DNA of 64,000 nucleotides. Source: a candidate division WOR-3 bacterium. GTDB taxonomy: Bacteria > Hydrothermota > Tepidihabitantia > Tepidihabitantales > Tepidihabitantaceae. This document shows positions 47,593-58,891 of this stretch, piece after piece. The stretch lies in the NCBI GenBank assembly GCA_020352555.1, contig CP070680.1, positions 1,620,603-1,684,602 on the forward strand, given 5' to 3'. Both the position numbers and the translations under genes were made by a program. Below the pieces are notes generated by a model. It searched no databases. It saw only the letters and a program-made list of their open reading frames with translations, and was not told where the DNA came from. The stretch's first letter is position 1, and each line of letters starts with the position of its first letter.

Positions 47593-48231
47593 TTGACCGA
47601 CCTGAGTCGGCAGGACCTGAAACAGGCCTGCAAGTCGCTGGGCCTTGCCCCCACTGAATCGCAGCTCAGCCTGCTCGGCCGCTACGCCAAGGCACTACGC
47701 GAGCGGAATAGACAGGTGAACCTTGTCTCGCGAAAGGACGTCGGCCGCATACTCTCCTATCATGTCCTTGATTCCCTCGCCGCAGCTTCACTCGTCCCAA
47801 CGGACTCCCGGGTAGTGGACATCGGCACCGGCGCGGGTCTGCCCGGTATTCCCCTGGCAATCTGCCGACCAGACGTGACGCTGTTCCTCGTCGAGTCCAT
47901 CGCCAAGAAGGCGCGTTTCCTTGAACACGCCGTCGCCGAGCTCGGCCTGACGAATGTCCACGTGATTCACGCCCGAGCCGAGGCCATCGAGCCTCTCTCA
48001 TGCCGAGTCGCGCTGAGCCGTCTCACCGGTGAGCTCACAGTCTGCCTCGGCTGGCTCGCCCGGCACTGTGCGACGGACGGTTCGATAGTTCTGTGGAAGT
48101 CTCCGGGGACGGCAGGGGCCGATGCGCAACTGCTAAGCCGTCACGGCGTGCGTGTTCAGGAAGCGCGCGACATTGTTCTGCCGGTGACCGGCATTCCCCG
48201 TCGCTTTGTGGTTCTTGTCCGCCAGATCTAG
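47593..48231 (+). CDS. rsmG: 16S rRNA (guanine527-N7)-methyltransferase
   Basis: SAM-binding motif VVDIGTGAGLPGIPLAI and the GidB-family core. Confidence 0.85.
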   Translation: MTDLSRQDLKQACKSLGLAPTESQLSLLGRYAKALRERNRQVNLVSRKDVGRILSYHVLDSLAAASLVPTDSRVVDIGTGAGLPGIPLAICRPDVTLFLVESIAKKARFLEHAVAELGLTNVHVIHARAEAIEPLSCRVALSRLTGELTVCLGWLARHCATDGSIVLWKSPGTAGADAQLLSRHGVRVQEARDIVLPVTGIPRRFVVLVRQI

Positions 48232-48444
48232 ACGACCGCCCAGGCACCCGGCTTCAGCTCGTGCTGGCGGGAGTCGCTGGTCGTCGTGTGAGCAACTCGG
48301 GAACTGCATGGGATCTCCCCAAATGGGTCAATCCTACTGCGTCGCGCGCGGCCCGGGCTATTGACACGGCACGGCAGTTTCCTGGCATTGGCACACGTGC
48401 CAGAACAGGAGGACTGGCACCGCGACCCCCGCCATTAGGCACCA

Positions 48445-49095
48445 ATGGTGAATAGCACGCCTACCCCTGCGATTCAGTTCTCTCACGCGCTGTCGTCGAT
48501 TCTCCAGAGGCGTCGGCCTCGGGTCTATGCCGTGGGCATAGTAGGCAGTGGTTCTGCTCTGTCGGACCACGGTGACCTCGACGTGTTCGCGATACTCAAA
48601 GCCAAGAGCGCGGCACCGCCGGAGATGAAACGTGCACACAAGGCCGTGGTTTCGGCCGTTGAGGCAGCGGTCCGACGGCTCAGTAGGCGCGGCATCATCA
48701 TCGGGGTATTCACGGAGTTCCGAATGGAGGAATTCTCGAGGTTCTTGCTCCGAAACGTCCCCAGGCAGCGGCTCTTGCTGGTTCACCTGAAGGTGTATCC
48801 AACGCTCCCAAGTGTAGGCATCTGGCAGTCCAGATCTGTGGCCAGGGGGTACTTCGCCAATGTGGCAAGCATACTGTACCACTCGGGACGCCGAAGACCG
48901 GATTCTGAGATCCTCTCCAGCCGCCTCGCTCTACCGTCCCGCCGCGAACAGCTTGAACACCTTCGGTCTCTGGCCTATGAAGTCATTGAGTATGTGGCCG
49001 TCAGCGGCCTGCCCGAACAGTTCATTGTCACTGAGGGCGTGAACAAGCTAGGCTACATCGCCAACTACCTGTCGCTGTGTGGACGGGCGAGATGA
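48445..49095 (+). CDS. Minimal nucleotidyltransferase (Pol-beta superfamily) fold protein with a C-terminal extension
   Basis: GS…DxD signature in VGIVGSGSALSDHGDLDVFAIL. Lower GC than the flanks. First gene of a tightly coupled four-ORF set. Confidence 0.55.
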   Translation: MVNSTPTPAIQFSHALSSILQRRRPRVYAVGIVGSGSALSDHGDLDVFAILKAKSAAPPEMKRAHKAVVSAVEAAVRRLSRRGIIIGVFTEFRMEEFSRFLLRNVPRQRLLLVHLKVYPTLPSVGIWQSRSVARGYFANVASILYHSGRRRPDSEILSSRLALPSRREQLEHLRSLAYEVIEYVAVSGLPEQFIVTEGVNKLGYIANYLSLCGRAR

Positions 49096-49289
49096 AGTAC
49101 GAGGAAGTAGCAGCTGCTTCCTGGGAAGATGCCGTGCATGCCAGCAAGCGTACACCTACACCGATTCGCCGCGCCATCTCTTATGTAGCGCGTGTAAGAG
49201 AAGGTTGTCAATCCCCCTGCGCCAGAGCCCTCGTGCGAGTCCTATACGGGATAACTACTCTGCTGGACACGAAACTCTCCGCCAGCTAG
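49092..49289 (+). CDS. Hypothetical 65-aa protein
   Basis: Its ATG overlaps the nucleotidyltransferase TGA as ATGA, a translational-coupling signature. No recognisable family. Confidence 0.3.
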   Translation: MKYEEVAAASWEDAVHASKRTPTPIRRAISYVARVREGCQSPCARALVRVLYGITTLLDTKLSAS

Positions 49290-49292
49290 CCC

Positions 49293-49565
49293 ATGCGTCA
49301 GGAGGCAAAGCGACCTTTTCCGTGGTTCGTGGTCTGGACGTGGATAGAGGGCATCCTGACCATCGGCCAACTTGGGTTCCTACTGGTCCTCTCCGGCGTT
49401 GGTTTCGCCTTCAGGAAGCCGTTGCTGGACTTCGGCCGAATCGAGAACGTAGCTCTCGTATCAATAATGGGTACAATGGGGCTAGCTGGATTGGTGGATA
49501 TCCTCCTGAAGTACTACATAGTGAAACGCCGTCGGATTGTCCAGTCACTGCGCAACCGGGCCTAG
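49293..49565 (+). CDS. Hypothetical small membrane protein (two predicted TM helices)
   Basis: Starts 3 nt after the previous stop. Hydrophobic segments FPWFVVWTWIEGILTIGQLGFLLVLSGVGF and VALVSIMGTMGLAGLVDILL. Confidence 0.4.
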   Translation: MRQEAKRPFPWFVVWTWIEGILTIGQLGFLLVLSGVGFAFRKPLLDFGRIENVALVSIMGTMGLAGLVDILLKYYIVKRRRIVQSLRNRA

Positions 49566-49625
49566 ATAGTCTCGGCTCTCAAGGACGAGCTCGACTCGGT
49601 CAGATGGGAGATACTATCCACGCAC

Positions 49626-50138
49626 TTGGCCGCCTTGCCAGTACGGGATGATCTGATACTCGCCAGGGTTCGGCAGTCATGTGAGAGCGCAAAGCCAATC
49701 GGGCTACACCGCATTGTCGCAGTGCAGTCCAGGGATGATCTGGACCTTGTGCGGCAGACGTTGTCGCTGCGAACCAGCTCAGCCGTCGCATCCGTGCAGG
49801 TTCGGGTCATCATTGCTGAGAGACGAGAAGCAGCTCTGCCTCAAGGACCTGCCGTTGTCAATCTGGTGGTGTTCGACAGGGAACGGGCCGTCCTGGCATT
49901 CCCATCCAGAGCCGCGGATGAATCTACGGGTCTCTTCGTCCCTCACCCTGAAGCCGTACGGCGCGTCGTGATGGCCTACTGGTTACAGCTGGAGGATGCA
50001 AGCCGCGAGGTCACGGACGCCGAGCTAGCCACGTTGGAAGCTCAGCTGGCTGCCCCCCCCAGTCAACTGACCGGGGTTCCCATCACTGGTATCCCACGCC
50101 GCTTCGTGACCCTGGGCATCCCCACAGCAGGCAGCTAG
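49626..50138 (+). CDS. Hypothetical protein whose C-terminus repeats the RsmG C-terminal motif (TGIPRRFV)
   Basis: 170 aa ORF with no recognisable family. Its last residues (…TGVPITGIPRRFVTLGI) echo the RsmG end (…LPVTGIPRRFVVLV) with different synonymous codons. Confidence 0.35.
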   Translation: MAALPVRDDLILARVRQSCESAKPIGLHRIVAVQSRDDLDLVRQTLSLRTSSAVASVQVRVIIAERREAALPQGPAVVNLVVFDRERAVLAFPSRAADESTGLFVPHPEAVRRVVMAYWLQLEDASREVTDAELATLEAQLAAPPSQLTGVPITGIPRRFVTLGIPTAGS

Positions 50139-50140
50139 AC

Positions 50141-50172
50141 AGAAAAAGAAAGCCCGTTGGGCCTTCTTGCTG
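50141..50172 (-). terminator. Putative intrinsic terminator ~50 nt downstream of the 16S rRNA 3' end
   Basis: Minus-strand RNA forms GAAGGCCC-AACG-GGGCUUUC followed by UUUUUCU. Confidence 0.45.
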
Positions 50173-50218
50173 GGTACGGATGCAACCTAGTGAGCGTGTC
50201 CGGGCCGTGTGCAAACTC

Positions 50219-51768
<1,550 letters not shown>

Positions 51769-52284
51769 TCAATCTTGAAGGTAGTAGGAATTGACACAGC
51801 CCGGACACGCTTTGGGTTACATCCGAATTATAAAAGAGCGATACCTCTGTGAATGTATGATACGAAGAAACGGCTGAGTGTCAACAGAGAACGGGTTGTC
51901 TCCTTCAGCTCTATCTGGCAGAACACACAAGACTTAGCCGTCCTGACAGGCACCAGAGACGCTCCGATTCTGCAGGGCTTCGCGCGGGCGTATGCGAGAA
52001 CCCAGCAGGAATGGCTCTGGAGGGGTACAATCGGGCTGGCGCCCTCTTCCCGTACGCGGTCCTGGCTTGGCCGAATACGTGCCGGCGCTACCCCGAAGGG
52101 ACGAGGTCCGAGTCATCCTGAAATGGCTGACAATCTCGGTTCACCGAGTCGCCCAACGGCGCCAATGCCGGCGAGTCCGAGTGGTCCGCAGCTACGCCAA
52201 CCAGATGTAGTCGTCTGAGGCTGCCGCCAAGCTAGAGAATATCTGAAGTAGGGGAGTTCTCTGACCGAACAGATTCCAGCTCGT

Positions 52285-52563
52285 CTAGTCTCCGTTGCTG
52301 GCCGACTTGCTCGACCCGGCCGTGCCATCGGAAGTGCTTGATTCGCAGGGCCTTGCGGAATCGGTCGAAGCTGGCTTGCGTCGATAGTCAGTCTCATAGA
52401 AACCCGAACCCCTGAAGATGAGGCCGGACCCGCCGGATATTATCTGCTCGACGCTATCCTTGGCTCTGCACCTAGGGCAGTCTTTCACCGGCGGGTCGAC
52501 AATGCGTTGGAACACGTCGAACCGATGGCCGCATCCTGTACATCGGTACTCGTATGTCGGCAC
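52285..52563 (-). CDS. FmdB-family zinc-ribbon regulatory protein
   Basis: MPTYEYRCTGCGHRFDV…CPRC with paired CxxC motifs. 92 aa. Confidence 0.7.
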   Translation of the reverse strand: MPTYEYRCTGCGHRFDVFQRIVDPPVKDCPRCRAKDSVEQIISGGSGLIFRGSGFYETDYRRKPASTDSARPCESSTSDGTAGSSKSASNGD

Positions 52564-52572
52564 GGAAGCGGG

Positions 52573-52599
52573 CGGGGGTGGGTACTGGCCCCACCCCCG
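52573..52599 (-). terminator. GC-rich hairpin between the groEL stop and fmdB start (candidate groESL terminator, weak U-tract)
   Basis: CGGGGGTGGG-TACTGGC-CCCACCCCCG, perfect 10-bp stem. Confidence 0.3.
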
Positions 52600-52608
52600 T
52601 TGGCTAGA

Positions 52609-54252
<1,644 letters not shown>

Positions 54253-54255
54253 CTC

Positions 54256-54552
54256 CTACTTCTCCTTCTCTCCAACGATCGCTAGGACATCTTCCTCACG
54301 CATGATAAGGTACTCATCGTCACCGATACGAATTTCGTTGCCGGAGTACTTGCCGAACAGGATGTAGTCCCCCTTCTTGACGTCCATGGCGATGCGCTTG
54401 CCATTGTCATCGACCCGGCCTGGCCCGACCGCGATCACCTTTCCCTTCTGCGGCTTCTCCTTCGCGCTGTCCGGGATGATGATGCCGCCTTTCTTGACCT
54501 CTTCCTCGATTCTCTCGACCAGGATTCGGTCGTGAAGCGGTTTAACCTTCAT
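54256..54552 (-). CDS. groS: Co-chaperonin GroES
   Basis: 98 aa ([18 protein letters not shown]…). Confidence 0.95.
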   Translation of the reverse strand: MKVKPLHDRILVERIEEEVKKGGIIIPDSAKEKPQKGKVIAVGPGRVDDNGKRIAMDVKKGDYILFGKYSGNEIRIGDDEYLIMREEDVLAIVGEKEK

Positions 54553-54648
54553 TCTGTCCTCCTTAGAGTTGTGTTCTCTAGCCGACGCTCAAACTGACCT
54601 CATCCGAGGCTGTGATCCTAGGCGCATCGACGCACCTAATGCTTCGCC

Positions 54649-54661
54649 CATTTTAGACTAG
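54649..54661 (-). promoter_or_regulatory. Shared promoter-like motif (minus strand CTAGTCTAAAATG; -10-like TAAAAT) ~100 nt upstream of groES
   Basis: The same core, AGTCTAAAATG, also occurs upstream of the S8 peptidase gene. Confidence 0.3.
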
Positions 54662-54758
54662 AACAGAAGACACCAGGATTCCGAAGAACGGCTCCCGCAT
54701 TCCAAACGCGCAGCTCTGTTCGTCACTCCAAGTCGCTGATTTAAAGCAACTTGCTGAG

Positions 54759-54832
54759 TGGGCGATATCTGACTTGAACAGATGACCTCCTCCTTGTAAG
54801 GGAGGCGCTCTAGCCGGCTGAGCTAATCGCCC
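54759..54832 (-). tRNA. tRNA-Val (anticodon TAC)
   Basis: Minus-strand sequence GGGCGATTAGCTCAGCCGGCTAGAGCGCCTCCCTTACAAGGAGGAGGTCATCTGTTCAAGTCAGATATCGCCCA folds as a cloverleaf. Anticodon loop CTTACAA. CCA is not encoded. Confidence 0.85.
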
Positions 54833-54862
54833 TTCCGTCTGATTATATGACCTGGCCCCAAG

Positions 54863-56389
54863 GTGTCAAACGTTTGGATTGTCGGCCGATTGACAGCTAC
54901 CGCTGCTGCCCTAAGCTCTGGTTCAGTGTACGGCATCTCCCTCTCTGTTCCCGGCGGTGTGCTTATCGGCGGAGAGTGGAGGAGAACAGGCTCGACCAGG
55001 CCGATCGCAAGTCCCTTTGACGGAACCGTCGTAGCTGAGGTATCGGACGCAGGGCTCGACGATGTCGATGCCGCAGTCGCGGCGGCCGAGAGCGGGTTTG
55101 CCGCAACCAGACGACAGCCAGCCCACACGCGCGCCGATGTGCTGCGCCGCGTCGCCGACATGCTCGCTGCCCGGGCAGCGGAATTCGTGGACACCATTGT
55201 CGCTGAGGCTGGAAAACCCCGGCGCTACGCAGCCACCGAAGTCCAACGCGCAGTCCAGACCCTCCGTTTCAGCGCCGAGGAAGCCAAGCGGCTGCACGGC
55301 GAGACCGTTCCGATGGATGCGGTTCAGGGCTCCGAGAACCGGCGTGGGTGGTTCATTCGCCAGCCGCTTGGCGTCATAGCCGCGATTGGACCGTTCAACT
55401 TCCCGCTCAACCTTGTCTGCCACAAAGTCGGCCCAGCGCTCGCAGCCGGCAACTCGGTAGTGCTCAAGCCCGCGAGTGCCACGCCTTTGTGCGCACTGAA
55501 GCTTGGCGAGCTTTTCCTCGAAGCTGGCCTGCCGGCCGGCGCGCTCAACGTCATACCAGGCCGGGGCAGCACCGTCGGTATGGCGCTGGTCCAGAATGCC
55601 CGCGTCCAGATGGTGACCTTTACCGGAAGCGCCGCTGTCGGGGAGGAGATCCACGCCAACTCCGGTCTGAAGAGGATCTCGCTCGAACTCGGCTCCAACT
55701 CTGGCGCCATCGTCGACGAAACCTGCGACCTGGATGTTGCCCTGGGTCGCTGTCTGGTGGGCGGATTCGCATTCTCTGGACAGGTGTGCATCCATACCCA
55801 GCGGTTGTACCTGCACGAGTCCATCGCCGATGAGTTCACCGACCGGTTCGTGTCCGGTGCTCAACGGTTGACCTGCGGAGACCCAATGCTGGAGTCGACC
55901 GAAATAGGGCCGATGATTGACCGTGACGCGCTCGATCGCGGCTTGTCACTCGTCGCCGAAGCAAGGTCGTCTGGGGCCCAGATCCTCTGCGGCGGTGAGG
56001 CCGACGGCCACGTAATGCTGCCTACCGTCGTCTCCAGTGTCGAACCCGACATGAAGGTCGTCTGCGAAGAAGCCTTTGCGCCTGTCGTGACAATCGAGAC
56101 CTTTGCCGACTTTGACCAGGCAATTGACAAGTTCAACCGCGGCTCGACTGCCGGGATCTACGCTTACGGGCTGGCAGCAGGCGTCTTCACACACAATGTC
56201 AACCGGGCCCTGAGAGCGGCCGAGGGACTCCAGGCCGGCAACGTCTACATCAACGACTCTGCGACGTTCCGGGCCGACCATCAGCCCTACGGCGGTATCC
56301 GGGATTCCGGCGTCGGACGGGAAGGACCGCGTTTCGCGATCGAGGAGATGACGGACATCAAGATGGTTTCCTTCAACCTCGACTCCTGA
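54863..56389 (+). CDS. NAD(P)-dependent aldehyde dehydrogenase family protein
   Basis: ALDH motifs: catalytic Cys in FSGQVCIHTQRLYLHE, catalytic Glu in ELGSNSG, and GSTVGM. The true start may be slightly downstream of 54863. Confidence 0.85.
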   Translation: MSNVWIVGRLTATAAALSSGSVYGISLSVPGGVLIGGEWRRTGSTRPIASPFDGTVVAEVSDAGLDDVDAAVAAAESGFAATRRQPAHTRADVLRRVADMLAARAAEFVDTIVAEAGKPRRYAATEVQRAVQTLRFSAEEAKRLHGETVPMDAVQGSENRRGWFIRQPLGVIAAIGPFNFPLNLVCHKVGPALAAGNSVVLKPASATPLCALKLGELFLEAGLPAGALNVIPGRGSTVGMALVQNARVQMVTFTGSAAVGEEIHANSGLKRISLELGSNSGAIVDETCDLDVALGRCLVGGFAFSGQVCIHTQRLYLHESIADEFTDRFVSGAQRLTCGDPMLESTEIGPMIDRDALDRGLSLVAEARSSGAQILCGGEADGHVMLPTVVSSVEPDMKVVCEEAFAPVVTIETFADFDQAIDKFNRGSTAGIYAYGLAAGVFTHNVNRALRAAEGLQAGNVYINDSATFRADHQPYGGIRDSGVGREGPRFAIEEMTDIKMVSFNLDS

Positions 56390-56449
56390 CCGTGCGTTGA
56401 CAGGACTGTCCAACCGGGCATCATGGACGGGCGCACCGAAAGGAGAACC

Positions 56450-56800
56450 ATGAGACTCATTGCCTTCTGCCTGGCTCTGTTGCTGGCTCTCGCATGTACA
56501 GAGTCCGAACAGGTTCCCTCTGATCCTTCGTACTCCGGTGACGTCCAGCCGCTGTTCAACATGAGTTGTGTAGGCTGCCACGGCAGCGCGCAGCAGAACG
56601 GCAGCTACCGGCTCGACAGTCGGACTGGCGCCATGGGCGAAGGCTCGGATCCTATCCCTAACGTGATACCTGGAAAGCCGGATTCAAGCAAGCTGTACCA
56701 GCGCCTGGACCTGGGTACGATGCCGCCGTCGGGTCCGTGGGATGAAATGAAGGTCCAGACGGTCAAGAACTGGATCGCCAAGGGAGCGAATGACAACTGA
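56450..56800 (+). CDS. Small lipoprotein with a Planctomycete-type cytochrome c (PSCyt1-like) mono-haem domain
   Basis: Lipobox LLALAC. Haem motif CVGCHG, followed by the …PGKPDSSKLYQRL…MPP pattern typical of PSCyt1. Confidence 0.6.
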   Translation: MRLIAFCLALLLALACTESEQVPSDPSYSGDVQPLFNMSCVGCHGSAQQNGSYRLDSRTGAMGEGSDPIPNVIPGKPDSSKLYQRLDLGTMPPSGPWDEMKVQTVKNWIAKGANDN

Positions 56801-56813
56801 CCGGGGAGGAACC

Positions 56814-57626
56814 ATGCTCCGCGCAACTGCAATACTGGCCACGTGTGTCGCTCTCCTGCTCGCCTACTCCGACGGACCGCCTGACAGCAAGACCGGACGC
56901 CCCGGTGAAGGCACGTGCGCCGACTGCCACTCAGGTACAGCCTCAGGGGACTCAAGCGCGCTCGCCGGCCTGCCCGGCGCCCTCTACTACCCAGAGTCTA
57001 CCTACATCCTCACGCTCGGCCTGAGGTACGCCGGACAGACCCGGTGGGGCTTCGAGCTGACTGCGGTGGACGAATCCGGCAGGGCTGCCGGCGAGCTGTT
57101 CGTCACCGACTCGGTCAACACCCAACTCTCAGCCAGCGGGGGGCGGCAGTATCTGAAGCAGACTTCGGCGGGCACCCAGCGCGGTCGGCCCGACGCTGCC
57201 TCTTGGCAGTTCGGCTGGCACGCGCCCACTGCAGGCTCCGGTCCGATCACGTTCTACTGGTCGGGCAACGCCTGCGATGGCAACGGCTCGAGCGAAGGTG
57301 ATTTCGCGGTCCCCTCGAACCTCACCGTCACTGAAGCAGCCGCCATTGAAGAAGACCCGGGCACAGACAGGTATCAATGGTACTACGAAAGCCCCGGGCA
57401 GAACCGGGTCGTCATCCGGTATGCGGGCGATCCGCAGCAGCCGGTCAAGGTCTACTCCTCGGATGGCCGGCTGGTGCGAATCCTCACCCCGGTCCCTGAG
57501 GGCGAAGTTCTGAGGGCGGATTGGGATGGCACCGACCGGTCCGGCGAGCCGGTTCCCGAAGCCAGCTACTTCGTACTGCTGGATCAAGAACGGAGCGGCT
57601 CGGTCAAGATAGATCTGGTCCGCTAG
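56814..57626 (+). CDS. Secreted CxxCH (putative c-type haem) protein with T9SS-like C-terminal beta-sandwich
   Basis: Signal peptide MLRATAILATCVALLLAYS. N-terminal GPPDSKTGRPGEGTCADCHSG motif. C-terminal region …VVIRYAGDPQQPVKVYSSDGRLVRIL…ASYFVLLDQERSGSVKIDLVR. Confidence 0.5.
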   Translation: MLRATAILATCVALLLAYSDGPPDSKTGRPGEGTCADCHSGTASGDSSALAGLPGALYYPESTYILTLGLRYAGQTRWGFELTAVDESGRAAGELFVTDSVNTQLSASGGRQYLKQTSAGTQRGRPDAASWQFGWHAPTAGSGPITFYWSGNACDGNGSSEGDFAVPSNLTVTEAAAIEEDPGTDRYQWYYESPGQNRVVIRYAGDPQQPVKVYSSDGRLVRILTPVPEGEVLRADWDGTDRSGEPVPEASYFVLLDQERSGSVKIDLVR

Positions 57627-57654
57627 CCGATGAAGTGAATCCCTTGGAGGCAAG

Positions 57655-58383
57655 ATGGCGCTGCTCGTCGTCCTTCTGATGGCATTCCCTGGCGAGCGTA
57701 TCGGCACGCTCCCAACGGGCAGAATCCTGGAGCCCGGGATCTGGCAGGTGTCCGTCTCTCACCGCTTCCTGCCAGACGCCGACAACGCGACTCTCGGGAC
57801 GCCGTGGAACTTCCTGCGAGGCGCCAACGTCAGGCTGGCGGTCGAACGTGGTATCAACGGCCGCTTCAACGCCGGCGTGTACCTCAACAGCGCCGGGGAC
57901 GTCAAGGAGGCCGGCCTGGCGGGCTCCTGGATGCCTTTCAGGTGGCTGACTGCCATGACCACGGTCGGGACCGACGTCGTCGAACTCGCCCCCTCAGGTA
58001 CCTGGCTGAGTGCGGGCGCGGCGGTCTTCACGAACCCGACGCTTGGACCCATCCACCTGGTTGTGCTGCCCCGGGTGACCGCGAACACCGCTGCCGGCGA
58101 ATCGAATAGGCTCTATGTCTCGCTCGGAGCTGGCGCCAAGGTCGACCCCGGCGCTGGCTTCTCGTTTGGGGCCGAGACCGAACCTGTGCTGTACGGTCAG
58201 AAGGATACCGCCCGTCTGCTCGCCTGGAGCATTGCCCTGGACAAGGAAGTCGGCTGGCACAACTTCACCTTGACGGTCGGCAACGCCTGGCACCAGAGCG
58301 TGCCAGGCTGGTTCGCGAGTGCCAACCGTGACATCACCGGTGGCAACTTCAGGGTCGGGTTCAACATCCTCCGCAAGCTCTAG
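57655..58383 (+). CDS. Hypothetical outer-membrane beta-barrel-like protein
   Basis: N-terminal hydrophobic signal and an alternating beta-strand pattern. Directly follows the two haem-motif genes. Confidence 0.45.
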   Translation: MALLVVLLMAFPGERIGTLPTGRILEPGIWQVSVSHRFLPDADNATLGTPWNFLRGANVRLAVERGINGRFNAGVYLNSAGDVKEAGLAGSWMPFRWLTAMTTVGTDVVELAPSGTWLSAGAAVFTNPTLGPIHLVVLPRVTANTAAGESNRLYVSLGAGAKVDPGAGFSFGAETEPVLYGQKDTARLLAWSIALDKEVGWHNFTLTVGNAWHQSVPGWFASANRDITGGNFRVGFNILRKL

Positions 58384-58395
58384 CAAAGGAGAAAG

Positions 58396-58824
58396 ATGAA
58401 GGTCAGATCGCGCACGCGCTGGACCAAGGATATGCAGTTCGAAGGCTCCGGCTGGTCCGGCATCGAAGTCCGGATGGACGCGGCCAGCGAGTTCGGTGGG
58501 CACGAGACCGCGCCCCGACCGCTTGAGCTGCTGCTCGTCGGACTCGCCGGCTGCACCGGCATGGACGTCGTCTCGCTGCTGGGCAAAATGCGGGTCGATT
58601 TCACCGGGTTGGTACTCGAAATCGAGGCCGAGAAGTCGGCGGAACACCCGCGCGTCTTCACCGAGATAAACCTCGACTACATCGTCACCGGTAGGCGAAT
58701 CGACGGAGACAAGGTCAAACGCGCCATCGAGCTTTCCCAGGACAAGTACTGCTCGGTCTCAGCAATGCTCAGGAAAGCCTGCCCGGTGAACTGGTCATAT
58801 CGGATCGTCAGGCCCAGCATCTAG
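58396..58824 (+). CDS. OsmC/Ohr family peroxiredoxin
   Basis: 142 aa. Carries the two conserved Cys residues of OsmC (GLAGCTGMD and KYCSV). Confidence 0.85.
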   Translation: MKVRSRTRWTKDMQFEGSGWSGIEVRMDAASEFGGHETAPRPLELLLVGLAGCTGMDVVSLLGKMRVDFTGLVLEIEAEKSAEHPRVFTEINLDYIVTGRRIDGDKVKRAIELSQDKYCSVSAMLRKACPVNWSYRIVRPSI

Positions 58825-58891
58825 GCCGAGCTCGAACGGAAAAAAGGCGGGCACGACCAGGATGGTCCTGCCCGCCGAGCAGTAGTAGTGG

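Noticed and set aside
48362-48400. Sigma-54-like TGGCAT…GGCAC element or TTGACA -35 upstream of the nucleotidyltransferase gene
   Set aside because: Spacing and the -12 or -10 elements do not fit either consensus. The palindrome GGCACACGTGCC is noted but not called.
49079-49651. 190-aa + strand ORF across the islet
   Set aside because: Out of frame with the better-supported coupled small ORFs (49092-49289 and 49293-49565). Arg/Ser/Gly-rich composition.
50141-50218. 16S-23S spacer with tRNA-Ile/Ala or the start of a 23S gene
   Set aside because: Only ~75 nt separate the 16S 3' end from a terminator hairpin and the next protein gene. No tRNA-like or 23S-like sequence is present.
54561-54580. 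CIRCE/HrcA operator upstream of groES
   Set aside because: The inverted repeat TAGAG-N7-CTCTA is present, but it does not match the TTAGCACTC-N9-GAGTGCTAA consensus.
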